A stretch of DNA of 63,964 bases, counting the filler, from Octopus bimaculoides (lineage: Eukaryota), in assembly GCF_001194135.2 (NCBI RefSeq). It is 7 parts of 6 records of this genome, joined end to end, with 100 filler letters (N's around TTAATTAATTAA, not from the genome) between each part and the next. Parts side by side here need not be neighbours in the genome. Positions count along the whole stretch, not along the records: positions 1 to 20,853 come from NC_068983.1; 6 more parts are not named here. One strand, 5' to 3'. The translations under genes were made by a program, and so were the position numbers. Below, piece by piece: positions 1 to 12,570 of this stretch. Each line of letters starts with the position of its first letter. The first letter of the stretch is position 1. The notes under the pieces are model-generated. The model was not told where the DNA came from. It saw only the letters and a list, made by a program, of their open reading frames with translations, and made no database searches.

Positions 1-534
1 TTAATAAATATCAGGAGAACAGAGATTTACATAACCAAGTTTTATTATACAGTTAATCACATCATTCTTTGTAAGTTCCTACACGTTTTCCTGTTGCAAG
101 CCGGTGAGCACTGCAAATTCTGAATATTGGTGTACTATACTGTGTAAAGTAAATTCAACGAAATGGAGTTCATCTACATTCACTGAGCTTAGCCAGTATT
201 GTTAGCTGATATGAGAGAGCATGGTATCCGCTAGGATTATATATCCCTCTTAACCAATTTTGGAAATTAACTTTCGTATAAACGGTGGTTGTCTACTCCT
301 CATGCAGAGCCTGATCACCTCTTATACTTACACCTTAGATCTATCATGGCGTCTAATGTGCCTTTTTAAATGAGACATTATATTGAAAAGCTACCCATAT
401 ATATTGCATATCTGATTTGGACCACCAAGTGCTGCAGTTAAGTTCTGATCTCTGTGGATCTTAAATTGTCTTTTGAGGCTTCCGTTAGATTTGCAGACCT
501 TACGGCATACACGGCATTTAAAGGTATGCTCATA

Positions 535-820
535 TATATAGGCAGGTGTCAAGGAAAATAGGGAAAAAAAATTGACTGAATTTTAAATTTATTAATTATG
601 GTACTAAAACAAATAAATTTTTAGATCTTACGTTAAAACTTTATTGGAAATTTTTAATATGTACTCTGTATCCCTGCAACTTTCGAATTTATCCTTAGCG
701 TGAAACACATTTTGAAGCATTTCAGGAGTTATCTCCTGCACTGCTTACTGAATGTGTTCTTTAAGTTCAGCTAAACGATCGTTCCATCTTGGGGATGCAG
801 ATAGAAAAAAATGATTGGTG
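535..820 (-). mobile_element. Tc1/mariner-superfamily 3' end relic
   Basis: Minus strand reads NLAPIIFFL...RLAELKEHIQ*AVQEITPEMLQNV, resembling the transposase C-terminus (DLAPCDFFLW...LEELK..I..AV..I.PEML.NV). A TA-flanked, TIR-like end lies near 535-565. Confidence 0.55.
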
Positions 821-1976
821 CCAAATTGAAAAACCAAAACAAAAAAAAACAAAAAAACAAAAAAACAAAATCAACAACAAAAGATGTCGGGATCTAATAC
901 GAACGGAAATGAAATTATAAAAGAAGTTTTAAAAACTATAAAATTATAAACAAACTAAAAATTCTATACACTTTTGATATCATTTTAAACATGATAAACA
1001 TAAAGTGATTTTGTAAAAAATTGTGTGGGAAGGCTTGTGTGTTTTCTCGTCTACGTTTTGTTTGCAATGTCCTGTACCCAGATATGCACCTATACATACA
1101 GGTGGATGTCGGTATGCACATACCTGTACGTATATATGCATATACTCATTTACTATTTGTTTTTACATGACCGAACGCAGCGTCACCAATCTGTAAGTAG
1201 TTTTCGCAACTTTATATTTTCCGACGCTACTCTATCTCTTTCTCTTTCTCTTCTTTTTTCCCCCTCTCATTCTTCCTCTGTTTACTACTACGTATATCTC
1301 TTTACCCCTCTCGTTCTTCCTCTGTTACTACTACGTATATCCTTTCCCCCCCTCGTACTTCCTCTCTTCCTCTTTTCCTCTCGTTGCTCACCTATTCTTC
1401 TACTTCCTCCCTTTGTTTCTCCCTCTACCACTCTCTCTCTCTTCCCCTTACACCGGCATGGTCACATGCTTCCGGTCAATAATCCTTTTCTTCCTTGGCT
1501 ATCGCCGAGCAAACACGCGAACTTACTTCGTCCCCACTTTCAAGTTCGTGCCTCACAGCGTTCATACACACATAATTTTTCCCGTCTGGCCGTATANNNN
1601 NNNNNNNNNNNNNNNNNNNNNNNNNNNNNNNNNNNNNNNNNNNNNNNNNNNNNNNNNNNNNNNNNNNNNNNNNNNNNNNNNNNNNNNNNNNNNNNNNNNN
1701 NNNNNNNNNNNNNNNNNNNNNNNNNNNNNNNNNNNNNNNNNNNNNNNNNNNNNNNNNNNNNNNNNNNNNNNNNNNNNNNNNNNNNNNNNNNNNNNNNNNN
1801 NNNNNNNNNNNNNNNNNNNNNNNNNNNNNNNNNNNNNNNNNNNNNNNNNNNNNNNNNNNNNNNNNNNNNNNNNNNNNNNNNNNNNNNNNNNNNNNNNNNN
1901 NNNNNNNNNNNNNNNNNNNNNNNNNNNNNNNNNNNNNNNNNNNNNNNNNNNNNNNNNNNNNNNNNNNNNNNNNNNN

Positions 1977-2009
<33 letters not shown>

Positions 2010-2289
2010 TATATGTATATATATATTCTCACACAAAGAGGTGTATATATATACATGCATATATGGTACATATATAGATACATATACACACATACTTATA
2101 CACATATACATATATACATGCATATACATATTTATTTATGTGTTTCAGCCAAGTGGCTGCGGTCATGCTGATACTAAAACAAATATATGTACATACATAT
2201 ACATATTATATACATATATACATACATGTATATATATGTACTCATAGACACACATATATATATACGTACATATATGTACACTCTCCGAC

Positions 2290-2345
<56 letters not shown>
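1977..2345. repeat. (TA)n/(TACA)n degenerate microsatellite followed by (CT)n
   Basis: Directly visible; borders the N-gap at 1597-1976. Confidence 0.9.
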
Positions 2346-2349
<4 letters not shown>

Positions 2350-2530
2350 TTCTTCACGCGTTTATTACTGTTCTTATTTTAACTCCTGTCCATTTTCCGT
2401 AAATCTTTCGTCACACATCTATGACATCTTCAGCAACACTTTTCGTTTTCGTGTGTGCTCTTGTCCCACTTACTCCATTCTGTCCTTCTATGATGTCTTA
2501 CATGTATCCAAACTTGATTAATCATCTATT

Positions 2531-2613
2531 ATTCCTGATGAAGGGGACATGTCATTGTGAACCTAAATGATTTATACCTACAGACTAATAGAGTCCAGAA
2601 ACGGCCGTCGAAT
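2531..2613 (+). ncRNA. Minimal type-I hammerhead ribozyme, Penelope pseudo-LTR type
   Basis: ATTC(2531-34)-CTGATGA(2535-41)-A-GGGGAC...GTCC(2593-96)-A-GAAA(2598-2601), then palindromic stem III ACGGCCGT(2601-08), C17 at 2609 (GUC triplet) and GAAT(2610-13) pairing with ATTC. The base of stem II is imperfect. Confidence 0.6.
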
Positions 2614-3199
2614 TGCCTCATATTGACGTTATAACCCGTTATAAACTATTTCTTCGGAACTCTTCTAACCTTTTAAATCCATAATTAGGATTTCTCACTA
2701 CTACCGATGCATTTTATAACTTTAATCTTTATTTCAACGTCTTTTAACATTCAATTTAAATTTACTATGATTTTTAATCGATATATTAACCTTTATTTAT
2801 TTACCCTTTTCATGTACATTTCACCTCATATAACTTTTATTTCTTTTTAAATAATATAAAAATATGTACCTTGTATTGTTATAATTTTATGTTATATCTA
2901 TGTATGCATTTATGTATTTATTATGTTGATGTAAATCATAAATATAAAATGATTATCTAAATCTTTGTCTCTTNNNNNNNNNNNNNNNNNNNNNNNNNNN
3001 NNNNNNNNNNNNNNNNNNNNNNNNNNNNNNNNNNNNNNNNNNNNNNNNNNNNNNNNNNNNNNNNNNNNNNNNATATATATACATACATACATACATTTCT
3101 GTATTTGTGTGTGTGTATGATTATATATATGAGTTTTGAAATGTGTGTGTACATATATAAATATTATTTCAATATCAATATAATACTGATTAATCGCAT

Positions 3200-3790
3200 T
3201 GCAAAATAATAATCTGTACCCAAAACATCTAATGCATTTTTAGATTGCGTTCTACCAAAGACTCTCTTCTTGGAGATCCCGATGTATTTCTTGTGTATTT
3301 GGAAAGTTCTAAGGTAGCAAAGATGGAAAATACTGGACATTTTGTACAACACAGTTCTCATACTAGTTTGGGTGGTAAGTACTCTTACTATTTCATTGGC
3401 TACGTCGTTACATTATGTCTATACAGCAACACCACTTTCATCGGTTTAGATTATCGTTTCGATTCTATCACATATTTTCCTCTCCTATTTATTTTATCGG
3501 TTTCCAATTGTTTGCCATTTAGTATACATCAAAGAAATACATTACCAACAGTTCCTACATATATATTCAAGGAACGTTTGTGTTTTCCGTTGGTCAAATT
3601 CCTCTTACGAAGTATTGGTTTACCTGAGATAGTTACTTGTCAAATGTTCTTGACTGTTGAGTCGAAAAACTAACTATCTGCTTATGACGCCAACCTCTTA
3701 CCCAGCAACTAATGATTTATACAAAAAATGCAATGATTAATTGAGATGATGGGTGTCGTAGGGAATGAATTCTGGAGGTAAATAATTAAC
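3200..3790 (-). mobile_element. Highly decayed CR1/L2-like LINE reverse transcriptase fragment
   Basis: Minus frames give IPYDT (cf. VPQG), AD.. and YVGTVGNVFL*CILNGKQLE (cf. HIG.N..Y.LNG..LE) in the expected order and spacing, with many stops. Confidence 0.35.
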
Positions 3791-4253
3791 TTTTCTATAG
3801 TGACTTCATTACCTTAAATAGGTTGCAATGCTTGAAATAAGCAAGTTCTTAATCGCCTTTTGACAAAAAGTTACTTCCATGTAAAAATACAGTATTAAAA
3901 TGTCTGATGGTTGCAATTTTCATGAGTTTAGATAATGTTACAACGACTATTTTGCACGTTGTCACCTAAAGTTTGATGTCATATAGTTTTCATTAGTATA
4001 GAGTGGCATGAGAGGTAATAAACTGGTTGCAGACCGATTTGAATTCACCTTACCATCTCTTATATTTAAATAGAATGTCTATTGCTTTTGCAAAGCTGTA
4101 ATTTGTATCAAATTAAGTTTATTTCATTCATTAATGAAAAAGTGATTTCTAAATGATGTTTATTTTTCTTCGCTGCTCTCACCTTCTCTTGAAGATTTGC
4201 GTTTTTTGAGCATCACACACATAAATTTCTCCCTTAGCTGTTTTTATCTACAA
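3717..4253 (+). repeat. Block A of a local duplication (copy at 7081-7656)
   Basis: Long shared runs, e.g. GGGAATGAATTCTGGAGGTAAATAATTAACTTTTCT and TTGCTTTTGCAAAGCTGTAATTTGTATCAAATTAA; roughly 80-85% identical by eye. Confidence 0.9.
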
Positions 4254-5071
4254 CACTCGAGGCAAGGAAAGTATGAATGAGGTATTAAATTCACTGCTAT
4301 GATAAAACAAAATTTTTAAATCAGACATTTCCTTGAAATGACTCACAAATATCCGCATAAGAAACAACAAACGATATTTCTAATACAACGAATGAATGGT
4401 TTAAAATTTCACTGATTAGAGACAAAATACCATGTATCGAACACCATAGTGTAGAATCAAAGCAATACGCTCTGTTAGAGCGCAATATGAAGGTTTCCAT
4501 GCGCAACTATTCCAGCGGTAAGAAATATCAATCGATTTCCCCTAAAAATGACATATATAATCTAAAATATGAAGTCCTATTCCAATAAAAGATTCTATAG
4601 TCCCGATTAGAACACATTTGGCCATATATCTATGGAATTGGTCTGAAACGAATTAACAACCTACAAGAGCAACTAAGGGTTTTTAGCTTTTAAGAGGCGA
4701 TACTTCGGACGTCTTTTGAACGAATCACCTTTAAAAAGAGAATAACCCAGGCTAAATACATCAAGAAACATTTAACGCAAACGTAAGGAAGAGTTTATCG
4801 GGATGTATAACCTTAGAAATATGTACATCTGTTTATATCTCAAGCACCAATCATTTTGATAAGGCAGTTGTTGGTGTACAGAGATCAATACCATTAAGAT
4901 ACACATCAGAGTTCAACCTCCAGTGATTTTGACCTTAAGAATGTATTGGTATGAAATGCACTGACAGATCTTGTACCTGTAATTGGTTTATTTGTTTATT
5001 ATCTATTCTTAAGTGTTTCATATCTCATAGATTTATTCCTCAACTGATAATCCTCATTTACCATATACTTT

Positions 5072-5936
5072 ATACTAGCTGACGTAGCCGGTAATTCCCG
5101 GGAAAGCGGGGCTTATCCCTTGGCTCCGTTCTCATAATTGTTTTGCTAATCCAATAACAACAATACAAAGTATATAGCCCTTAAAACGGTTTTTGTGCAT
5201 CTACAGAGAATTCCGAGCTGTTTTATACAGGATCATATTTTTAGGAATTCTCAATAAGTTATGAATACCCAAATTGTGAAGTCAGTTATGTAATAACATG
5301 AAATTAGTTACCCGATAGTAAGACTTCAAATAAAGTAACCCCGGAAAGGGCTTTAATGCATTCCCAAAGTATATAGAACATAGGAGGAAATACTAATAAG
5401 GTATGTAAAATAAAATCGTGAAGCATGTTACTTAATAACAGGCTAATCAGATATGAGATAATAATAATTCAAAGTAAATAACTTTGAAAATGGCTTTTGT
5501 GCGTTCCTCAAGAATATTACCCTCAACGGCGCTAGTGTTGGTATATTCGGGGATAAGTCACTAACCGAAATAAGTGGATCTATTGTTTAGGAAAATACTA
5601 TTTACTTGTTTAAAGGTTGACTGGAATAACTCTAACAGTTCAAATACTAAGAAATAAGCATACTGAATTTGATTTATACCAAATGATTTAGGAAAATGAA
5701 TGGGTCATTTCCGATGGCTATATATAAGGATACATTCAAGGGGCGAATAGGTTGGATCCCTTCCAGGGGCCCGATTATCGACATTTTTCTACAGTCTGAG
5801 CATACCATGAGGTTTCCAGACATGAGTTCTTCTCACGTGTCAAGTTTCATCAAAATCGATAAAACGATGTAGGAGGAGTTAGCTAGCAACTCCACAAACA
5901 CACTCACAGAAAGAATTTCCCACATATGTAATAGAT
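5072..5936 (+). mobile_element. Non-autonomous Helentron/DINE-1-like (HINE) element
   Basis: Starts TACTAGCTGACGTAGCCGGTAATTCCCGGG (subterminal IR). Ends with the typical AAGTTTCATCAAAATCG...TAGGAGGAGTT...ACAAACACAC...ATGTAATAGAT terminus. Confidence 0.6.
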
Positions 5937-6069
5937 TTACTATGTTTTTCTTTATTAATTATGTAGTTGTTGTTTAAATTTAATCAACATTTTCAATAGA
6001 AGTTTTTTTGTTAATTCAATAAACTTGCCTTTAAATGATTACTTTGAAAAATTATATGTTACTTTTCAG

Positions 6070-6191
6070 GTTCTGATGACCATGTTCGCAATGAAGGAAA
6101 ATATCCAGAAATGCACCCATTGCCTACTCCTCTAGGAAGTCAGATGTCAGTCAATTCCAACGATTCTATAGCAAGTGGAACTAACGATAAG
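6070..6191 (+). CDS. INTU: Internal coding exon of Inturned-like gene (xSDDHVRNEGKYPEMHPLPTPLGSQMSVNSNDSIASGTNDK)
   Basis: Acceptor ttacttttcag| and donor AAG|gtaagt. Only one frame is open (phase 1 to 0), and it splices in frame to the 13635 exon. Confidence 0.72.
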
Positions 6192-6714
6192 GTAAGTTAT
6201 GGATGAACAGTTGTTTTATCGTTCTAGTAAACAAAATAGTCGCTCATGTAATTTTAATCCTTAAAATCTCTAGAATATTATATTGGATAATCCATCTAAG
6301 CTTTGTAATTATGAACTGCCTAACTTCATATTTCACTATGGGAATATGTCTTTCGTTTCTTATTTCGATGACCTCTCAGTGAAGACTGTTTACTGAATAC
6401 TCGATCAATAATTTGTATACTATAATATCAGCTATATTTGAAATAGTGACCAAGTAAAATAGCCATCATGATCGTTATAGCATGGAATATGTTACTGGAT
6501 ATAAGCTGTCACAGACCCACAGACCTCTGTTCCTATTAAAAATCAAATTGCGAGACAATTGACTAACATTCCTTTGCAATTGGGTACTTGGGCACGTTCT
6601 GTAGTAACCTAAGAGCTGTGGAAAGTAACACTGCAAAGCAAACGTAACACTTATCAGTTGTGCAGTTATAACACTGCTAAAAGAAGTAGAGTTCTTCTCT
6701 CATTAGAGTGTATC

Positions 6715-7079
6715 CCGTTGTTAATTTCCGCCGGAAACCAAATGATTAACAAAAAAAAAAGAAAAAACAGAAAAAACATGTGTAATTCTGTGTAATATAG
6801 TAGTGTCAAATAGAGTAGATGCTAAGAGTAGAGCAAGTGTCACATTTTGTATAGCTCTTACTACAGTTACAAGACTTAAGTCTATATAAGTTTATGTTTC
6901 AATATCACAAGCCATTCTTGTTAGTCAGTATTTCTAAATTAACACTAAACTGTTTGCTCTATTACATCAAAAACTTGTGTTTAACCCCTCCTGGATGCAG
7001 AAACATTTCTGAGCAATTCTATTGATTTCTGGTTTGCTGCATTTTTCATTCTTTATTTCTTGACAAGGATAGTCTCCCG
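6715..7079 (+). repeat. Block B of a local duplication (copy at 7666-8015)
   Basis: Shared runs such as GTCACATTTTGTATAGCTCTTACTACAG and CAATTCTATTGATTTCTGGTTTGCTGCATTTTTCATTCTTTATTTC. Confidence 0.9.
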
Positions 7080-7080
7080 T

Positions 7081-8015
7081 TTTATAGAGAAACTATGATT
7101 AAATGCGATACGATGGTTAAGATGACGGGTGCCGTAGGGAATGAATTCTGGAGGTAAATAATTAACTTTTCTGTAGAAACTACATTACCTTCAATAGGAT
7201 GCAACGTTTGAAATAAACAAGTTCTTAATGTACTTTTGGAGACAAAAAGTTAACTTCCATGTAAAATTAACAGTATTAAAATGTCTGATGGTTGCGATTT
7301 TCATGATTTTAGATGATGTTACAACGACCATTTTGCATGTTGTTGTATAAAGTTTGATCTCATATAGTTTTCATTACTATGGTGTAGCATTACTGTAGCA
7401 TTAAAGGTAGTAAACTTGTTGCAGACCGATTTGAATTTATCTTACCATCTCTTATATTTAAATAGAGTGTCGATTGCTTTTGCAAAGCTGTAATTTGTAT
7501 CAAATTAAACTTGTGTTATTCATTGAGGAATATTTAACGAAAAAGTGATTTCTAACAGATGTTTATTTTTCTTCACTACTCTCACATTCTCATGAAGATT
7601 TGCGTGTTTTAAACACCACAAAAATAAATTTCTCCCTTAGCTGTTTTTATCTACAAGACTTGTTCTCGTTATTAATTCCCACCGGAAACCAAATAATTAA
7701 TATAAAAATGAACGTGTGTAATTCCGTGTAATATAGAGGTGTCAAATAGAGTGGATGCTAAGAGTGGAACAAATGTCACATTTTGTATAGCTCTTACTAC
7801 AGTTTCAAGCTTTAAGTCTATATAAGTTTATGTTTCAATACTACAACCCATTCCTGTAAGTCGGTATTTCTAAATTAACACGAAGCTGTTTGTTCTATTA
7901 CATCAAAAACTTGTGTTTAGCTCCTTCTGGATGCAGGAACATTTCTGAACAATTCTATTGATTTCTGGTTTGCTGCATTTTTCATTCTTTATTTCCTGAC
8001 AAGGATAGTCTCCCG
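7081..8015 (+). repeat. Second copy of the duplication (A' 7081-7656 joined to B' 7666-8015)
   Basis: A' and B' are nearly adjacent here but are separated by ~2.46 kb in the first copy. Confidence 0.88.
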
Positions 8016-9754
8016 CACTGTTTTCCCAGTATCTAAACATTTTGGAGATTACAAATCTGTGTTCTTGATAGGATCAAAATGAATATATTTATCAGTTTCT
8101 CCATAAACTCGGAACTCATATGTCATTTTATAAATATTCCCTGTGTCAGAAGCATATATATATATATATATATATATATATTCTTGTTTGTCACTATTTT
8201 CTGTCTTCAAAAAACCCCATTACTTAACTATGCTCCATTCTTGTTGGTTTCTTTATCTTATTTTATCGTTGTTTTTCATTTTGTTTTCTCTTATTTATTT
8301 GGTCTCAATATAAAGGTTTCCTTTCCACCTGTCTCTCTATGCTTAAGCATTTTCCCTTATTTTCTGTTCCTTTTTTCATTGCTACACCTTGTGTTCAGTT
8401 TTGTATAGCAAGCTTCATTTATAGTCACTGTATATTAAAGAATATTGACTCACGTCTTAGCTTAGCATCGCTTCATTAGTCTTCATTGACGAAGAAAGTA
8501 GAAACATTTGTATATCGAAGAAAAGCGAAATAACCAGACAAACTGAGATTTATATTTATTTTGCCTTGCTATACATTCGAACTTGCACCACCTTTACAAG
8601 AATTGTGATGTACGAAACAATTTTACGTAAGAATAGAATATATGGTTGTGCATATGTATGATTACTAAAAAGGATACGACTCGTATTTGGTTATATTCAT
8701 ATGAATTTATTATAAATAAATATTTATACAATTCTGTGTACATGTTATAAAGCATCGTTCATAAAATACGAACCACAAAACTTTCAGATGATTACCAAGT
8801 ATCTCATCTCGTACTCTCAATCACCCTATGTTAAAGATATAAATATATAAAACATTTAGTATAAACTCAAGTAATACGTTTATGAATTGCTAAATTTAGC
8901 CTTGTTATTTGAAATATGTCGTGTGTGTTACTTTATTTGGTATGTTTAGCATATCACTGGATGTAAAATTTTGTTTTCAATTATCTGTAAATTCACTCGT
9001 GTAAATATGACAACACCTCCAAGCACATATGGAAAAAGGTTTCTTGTCATCTGCATCATCCAATATTTGTCTAATGCACACACCAACTTCTCGTTTTCTT
9101 TATATTTAACCACCACTTCAACGTCTTCCGCTAAACAAAATTTGTTAGCATTACACTCGACGTTCTAAAAATCGTAACGACGTTCCACAAATGTTCTCAG
9201 ATCTTATTGTTCCTATCCATATTCTTTCACTGATACACATAAAAAATACCAAAAAAGAAACAGAAAGCGAAAACAAAAACGCTTCCTTCTTGGAAGTATA
9301 TATTGAATGATTTATGTACAGGGGCAAATATCATTATCAGTAAGAATGCCCTCTTGTCAAACTGAAAATTAACTACTAAGTCATTTTAATTCATTTTTGA
9401 TCTTAACTCCCGAAAACAGCAAATTCAAAATCATTTAAAATCATTACTATCATTGAGTTTTGATATCGGCGCAGTGATATAAATTGATTATAATGACTTA
9501 GCAACTTTAATATTACTTTATTCTATTGACTCCCTTAAGAATGAAAACGAAATTCAACTTCAGTATGATTTGAACTCAGTGCTTAAGGTGTTGTAACTAA
9601 CTAAATGGCAAATTGTTCTAGTCAGCAATTTCTAATAATTCTACCAAAATCCATTTAAGGAATAAATTAACTACAATAAGTAATATTGGAAATTGAAGGT
9701 GCCACTTTAGTAAGCGATCTATTTGGCCATTTGCACATTAACGTGCAGAATGAC

Positions 9755-9860
9755 TCTAATCCTAATCTTGAACTCTAGCCCTACCCCTAACCTTAAAGCC
9801 TAAACATCACACGAAGCCCTAACATAATCCTAACCCTAAAATCTTACCCTAATCTGACCC
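9755..9860 (+). repeat. Degenerate (CCCTAA)n-like tract
   Basis: ctctaatcctaatc...ccctacccctaacc...ccctaacataatcctaaccctaaa...ccctaatc. Confidence 0.55.
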
Positions 9861-10506
9861 AGATAAATTCGTTTCACAGAGTAGACTATGGGTACTACAG
9901 AAGACCGCAAGCTTAAGTAGCAGGGAACTAAAATTGACTCATCACCATCATAGTCGAATTACAGCAATAACTGTCTGGTATAGTAGTAATAATATTGTCT
10001 AGAATAAAGAGGCTAATTTACATCTGCATGACGCTAGCTTCAGGTTATAAATGGTATAATAGTTACCTATAGTCACTTCAGATAAACTTTCACTATGACA
10101 TCTAGAGTGTCTGACATATGTTAATTAGTGATAAATTGATAAACCACATGTGTTTTCGGTTTGATTCATAACCATTGATGGATAATTTATTCCGTTAGAA
10201 AGCGTATTTCCGAAATGGTGATGGTTGCAATAAGATGTTAATGATTCCAACACTGATATTTGTACAAATATCACCAACATTAAATTTGATATTTCTCTAT
10301 CCGGGTTTTAAAAAACCCCAACAAACTAACGGTAATGTATTGGATCAATGAAAACTATTTCAATCAGAAAATAATGTAGTTGAAGGTGTGATAATATTCT
10401 CAATTAATTAAATCTGGAAAAATACAGGACAAGAAGTGAAAGCCTAAAAATATTGCAACTGAAATTGGAATGGGAAAAAGTGTTTTGTTACTTTCAAACG
10501 TAGCCG

Positions 10507-11390
10507 TACGAGGGGTGTTCATTAAAGAGTTCCTCTGACACACCTCACCAGGACTGGGATGAACGAAATTTGGCATAATTACTAGTACTATTTTGCATAG
10601 CCACCACCAATGGTAATACACTTCTCCCATCGCTTTACGCTGCTGTGAAGACCTCGTCTGTAGAAGTCGGTAGGTGGCGTCTGGAGCCAAGACTTTACCT
10701 CGGAAATAAGTTCATCATCATTCGAAAAGTGCTTCCCCTTCAAAAAAGACTCCATGGCTGGAAAGAGTTTGAAGGTATATGGTATGGTGCGAGGTCGGGA
10801 AAATAAGGGGGATGAGGAAGGATTTCATACATAGCCCAGAAGTGTGTTTTCATCTAGGCAACATGCGCAGTGTCAGCTGGAACGTTGTCTTGGAGGAAGC
10901 GGACTCCTTTGGTCAGCATGCCACACCTCTCTGTTTTGATGACGTCCTGTAATTTCTGCAGCAGAGGAGCCCCGTTAATTGTGGAGCCCTTTACCAGAAA
11001 ATCCATCATCACTACTCCGTGTTGGTCCCAAAAGACTGCGCATCACCTTTCCTGCTGAGTGTTGGACACGGGCCTTCTTTGGAGGTGGTGTGTTATCATG
11101 CTTCGATTGAACTTTAGTCTCAGAATCGTAGTGATGGACCCATGTTTGATCCTGTGTGATAAATTTGCCAAAAAGTTCTCTTAGTTTTCTTGGCACATTA
11201 CCAAAAGAGTCTGGGAGCAATTGACACGTTCCTGCTTCTGAAAAGTTGTGAGCACCAGGGAAATCCATCGCGCAGACAAATTCCGCATGTGCAAATGGTC
11301 GTGAGTGATTTTTTCAACGGACCCTACATTTATCTTCAATTCTTGGGCTAGTTGCCGAACAGATATGCGGCGCTCCTCCAAATTAAAGAT
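10507..11390 (-). mobile_element. Mariner (DD34D) transposon relic, 5'-truncated, with pseudogenised transposase
   Basis: TA+CGAGGGGTGTTCATTAAAG TIR at 10507. Minus frames: RRISVRQLAQELKINVGSVEKITHDHLHMRNLSARWI (HTH and WVP region), FITQDQTWVHHYDSETKVQS (first Asp), AGKVM, and PYFPDLAP (YSPDLAP). Frameshifted. Confidence 0.9.
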
Positions 11391-11471
11391 GTGGTTTAAA
11401 CGAAAACATGTTTAAACATTTCTGGACTAGCGCTTCCTATGGAGCATTAAATAATATTTTTCGAAATATAT

Positions 11472-11615
11472 TCCACCGAAGTCAACTTTGCCTTTCATCC
11501 TTTCGGGGTCGATAAATTAAACACCACTTGCGTACTGGGGTGGTCGATCTAATCGACTGGCCCCCTCCCCAAAGTTTAGGGCCTTGTGCCTAGAGCAGAA
11601 AAGAAAAAAAGAAAG
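11472..11615 (+). mobile_element. SINE family C 3' half (GCCTTTCATCCTTTCGGGGTCGATAAATTAA core)
   Basis: The same core occurs in more than 15 copies in the window. Confidence 0.85.
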
Positions 11616-12049
11616 AATATTTTTCTAAATATATTTTTAAAACTTTATTTGCCACCATTTTGTTTTTGATATTGACTCTTTCGCCTCTGTTTCGTATAAG
11701 ATATATAACATAAGTTCAAATTTACAAACGGAATACAACCTAAAAGACAGATTGATAATAATTATAAATACATATAAAAATAAATAATAAAGCGAAAAAA
11801 CTTCGCCCTACATGTGGTTTGAAGTCACAATGGTAGCATAAATCTCGACTTGCGAATAAATTAAAGGAAGTGCCGTTGATAGATACTGCGCGAAAACCGT
11901 TTGCATGCCACCGGGAAATTCACGTTATAAAATATAATTTAATAAATATCTATAGACACACACAAACATGCATGCTTACTTTGCTTGTGATGACTAATCA
12001 GAGGAGATGACAGCGTCGTTCCCGGACATTCATCATCTTCTACCTCCAG

Positions 12050-12570
12050 CACATTGTTTCTTATGAGAGCAGACATGGTTGCCAAAACCGATACGAAATA
12101 GGCAGATCATGTGGCGATGACGACACTACAAGGGACCCCAATCAACAGGGGGTTGATGTCGATGTCTCCTCTCTTCATGCGGTCTTTGTGCTCGGATTCG
12201 ATGCACTGTATTCCAGCATCACACCTGGATTTCTATGCCTTCCGATTAACAGCTATGGCCTCCAAGCGATTAAGAGGGTCACCGCTTAAACTGGGAAAAC
12301 ATTTGAGATGATTCTGAAAACGAAGTGTCGGATGTCTATGAGTCCTACCTCGAGTTGCTGAAGAAGCTGTCTTTGGGAACCGCTTACCCGACATCCGAAT
12401 CACATTGCCAATATAGCGAGGAAAACGACGAAGGGTGCAGGTATCGACGCTGTAGATCAGGAGGATTTCGATATGAGGCAACTTGTCCGACCACGAGAGA
12501 CCGAGGATTCTTTGGAACGATATGATATGGAACGCTTTTAGTTGTCTGATCTGGTGCCGATAAAGGCCCT
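12050..12570 (-). mobile_element. RTE/BovB-clade LINE 3' ORF fragment
   Basis: LYRHQIRQLKAFHIISFQRILGLSWSDKLPHIEIL...RYIGNVIRMSGKRFPK...GRTHRHPTLRFQNHLK matches the RTE C-terminus (..HIRQLEAFH.R.L..ILGI.W.DK....WLGHVIRM...RLPK). Confidence 0.85.

Noticed and set aside
4416-4516. Possible upstream INTU exon ending AGCG|gtaaga
   Set aside because: The phase fits, but the acceptor is poor and the peptide shows no recognisable similarity; left uncalled.
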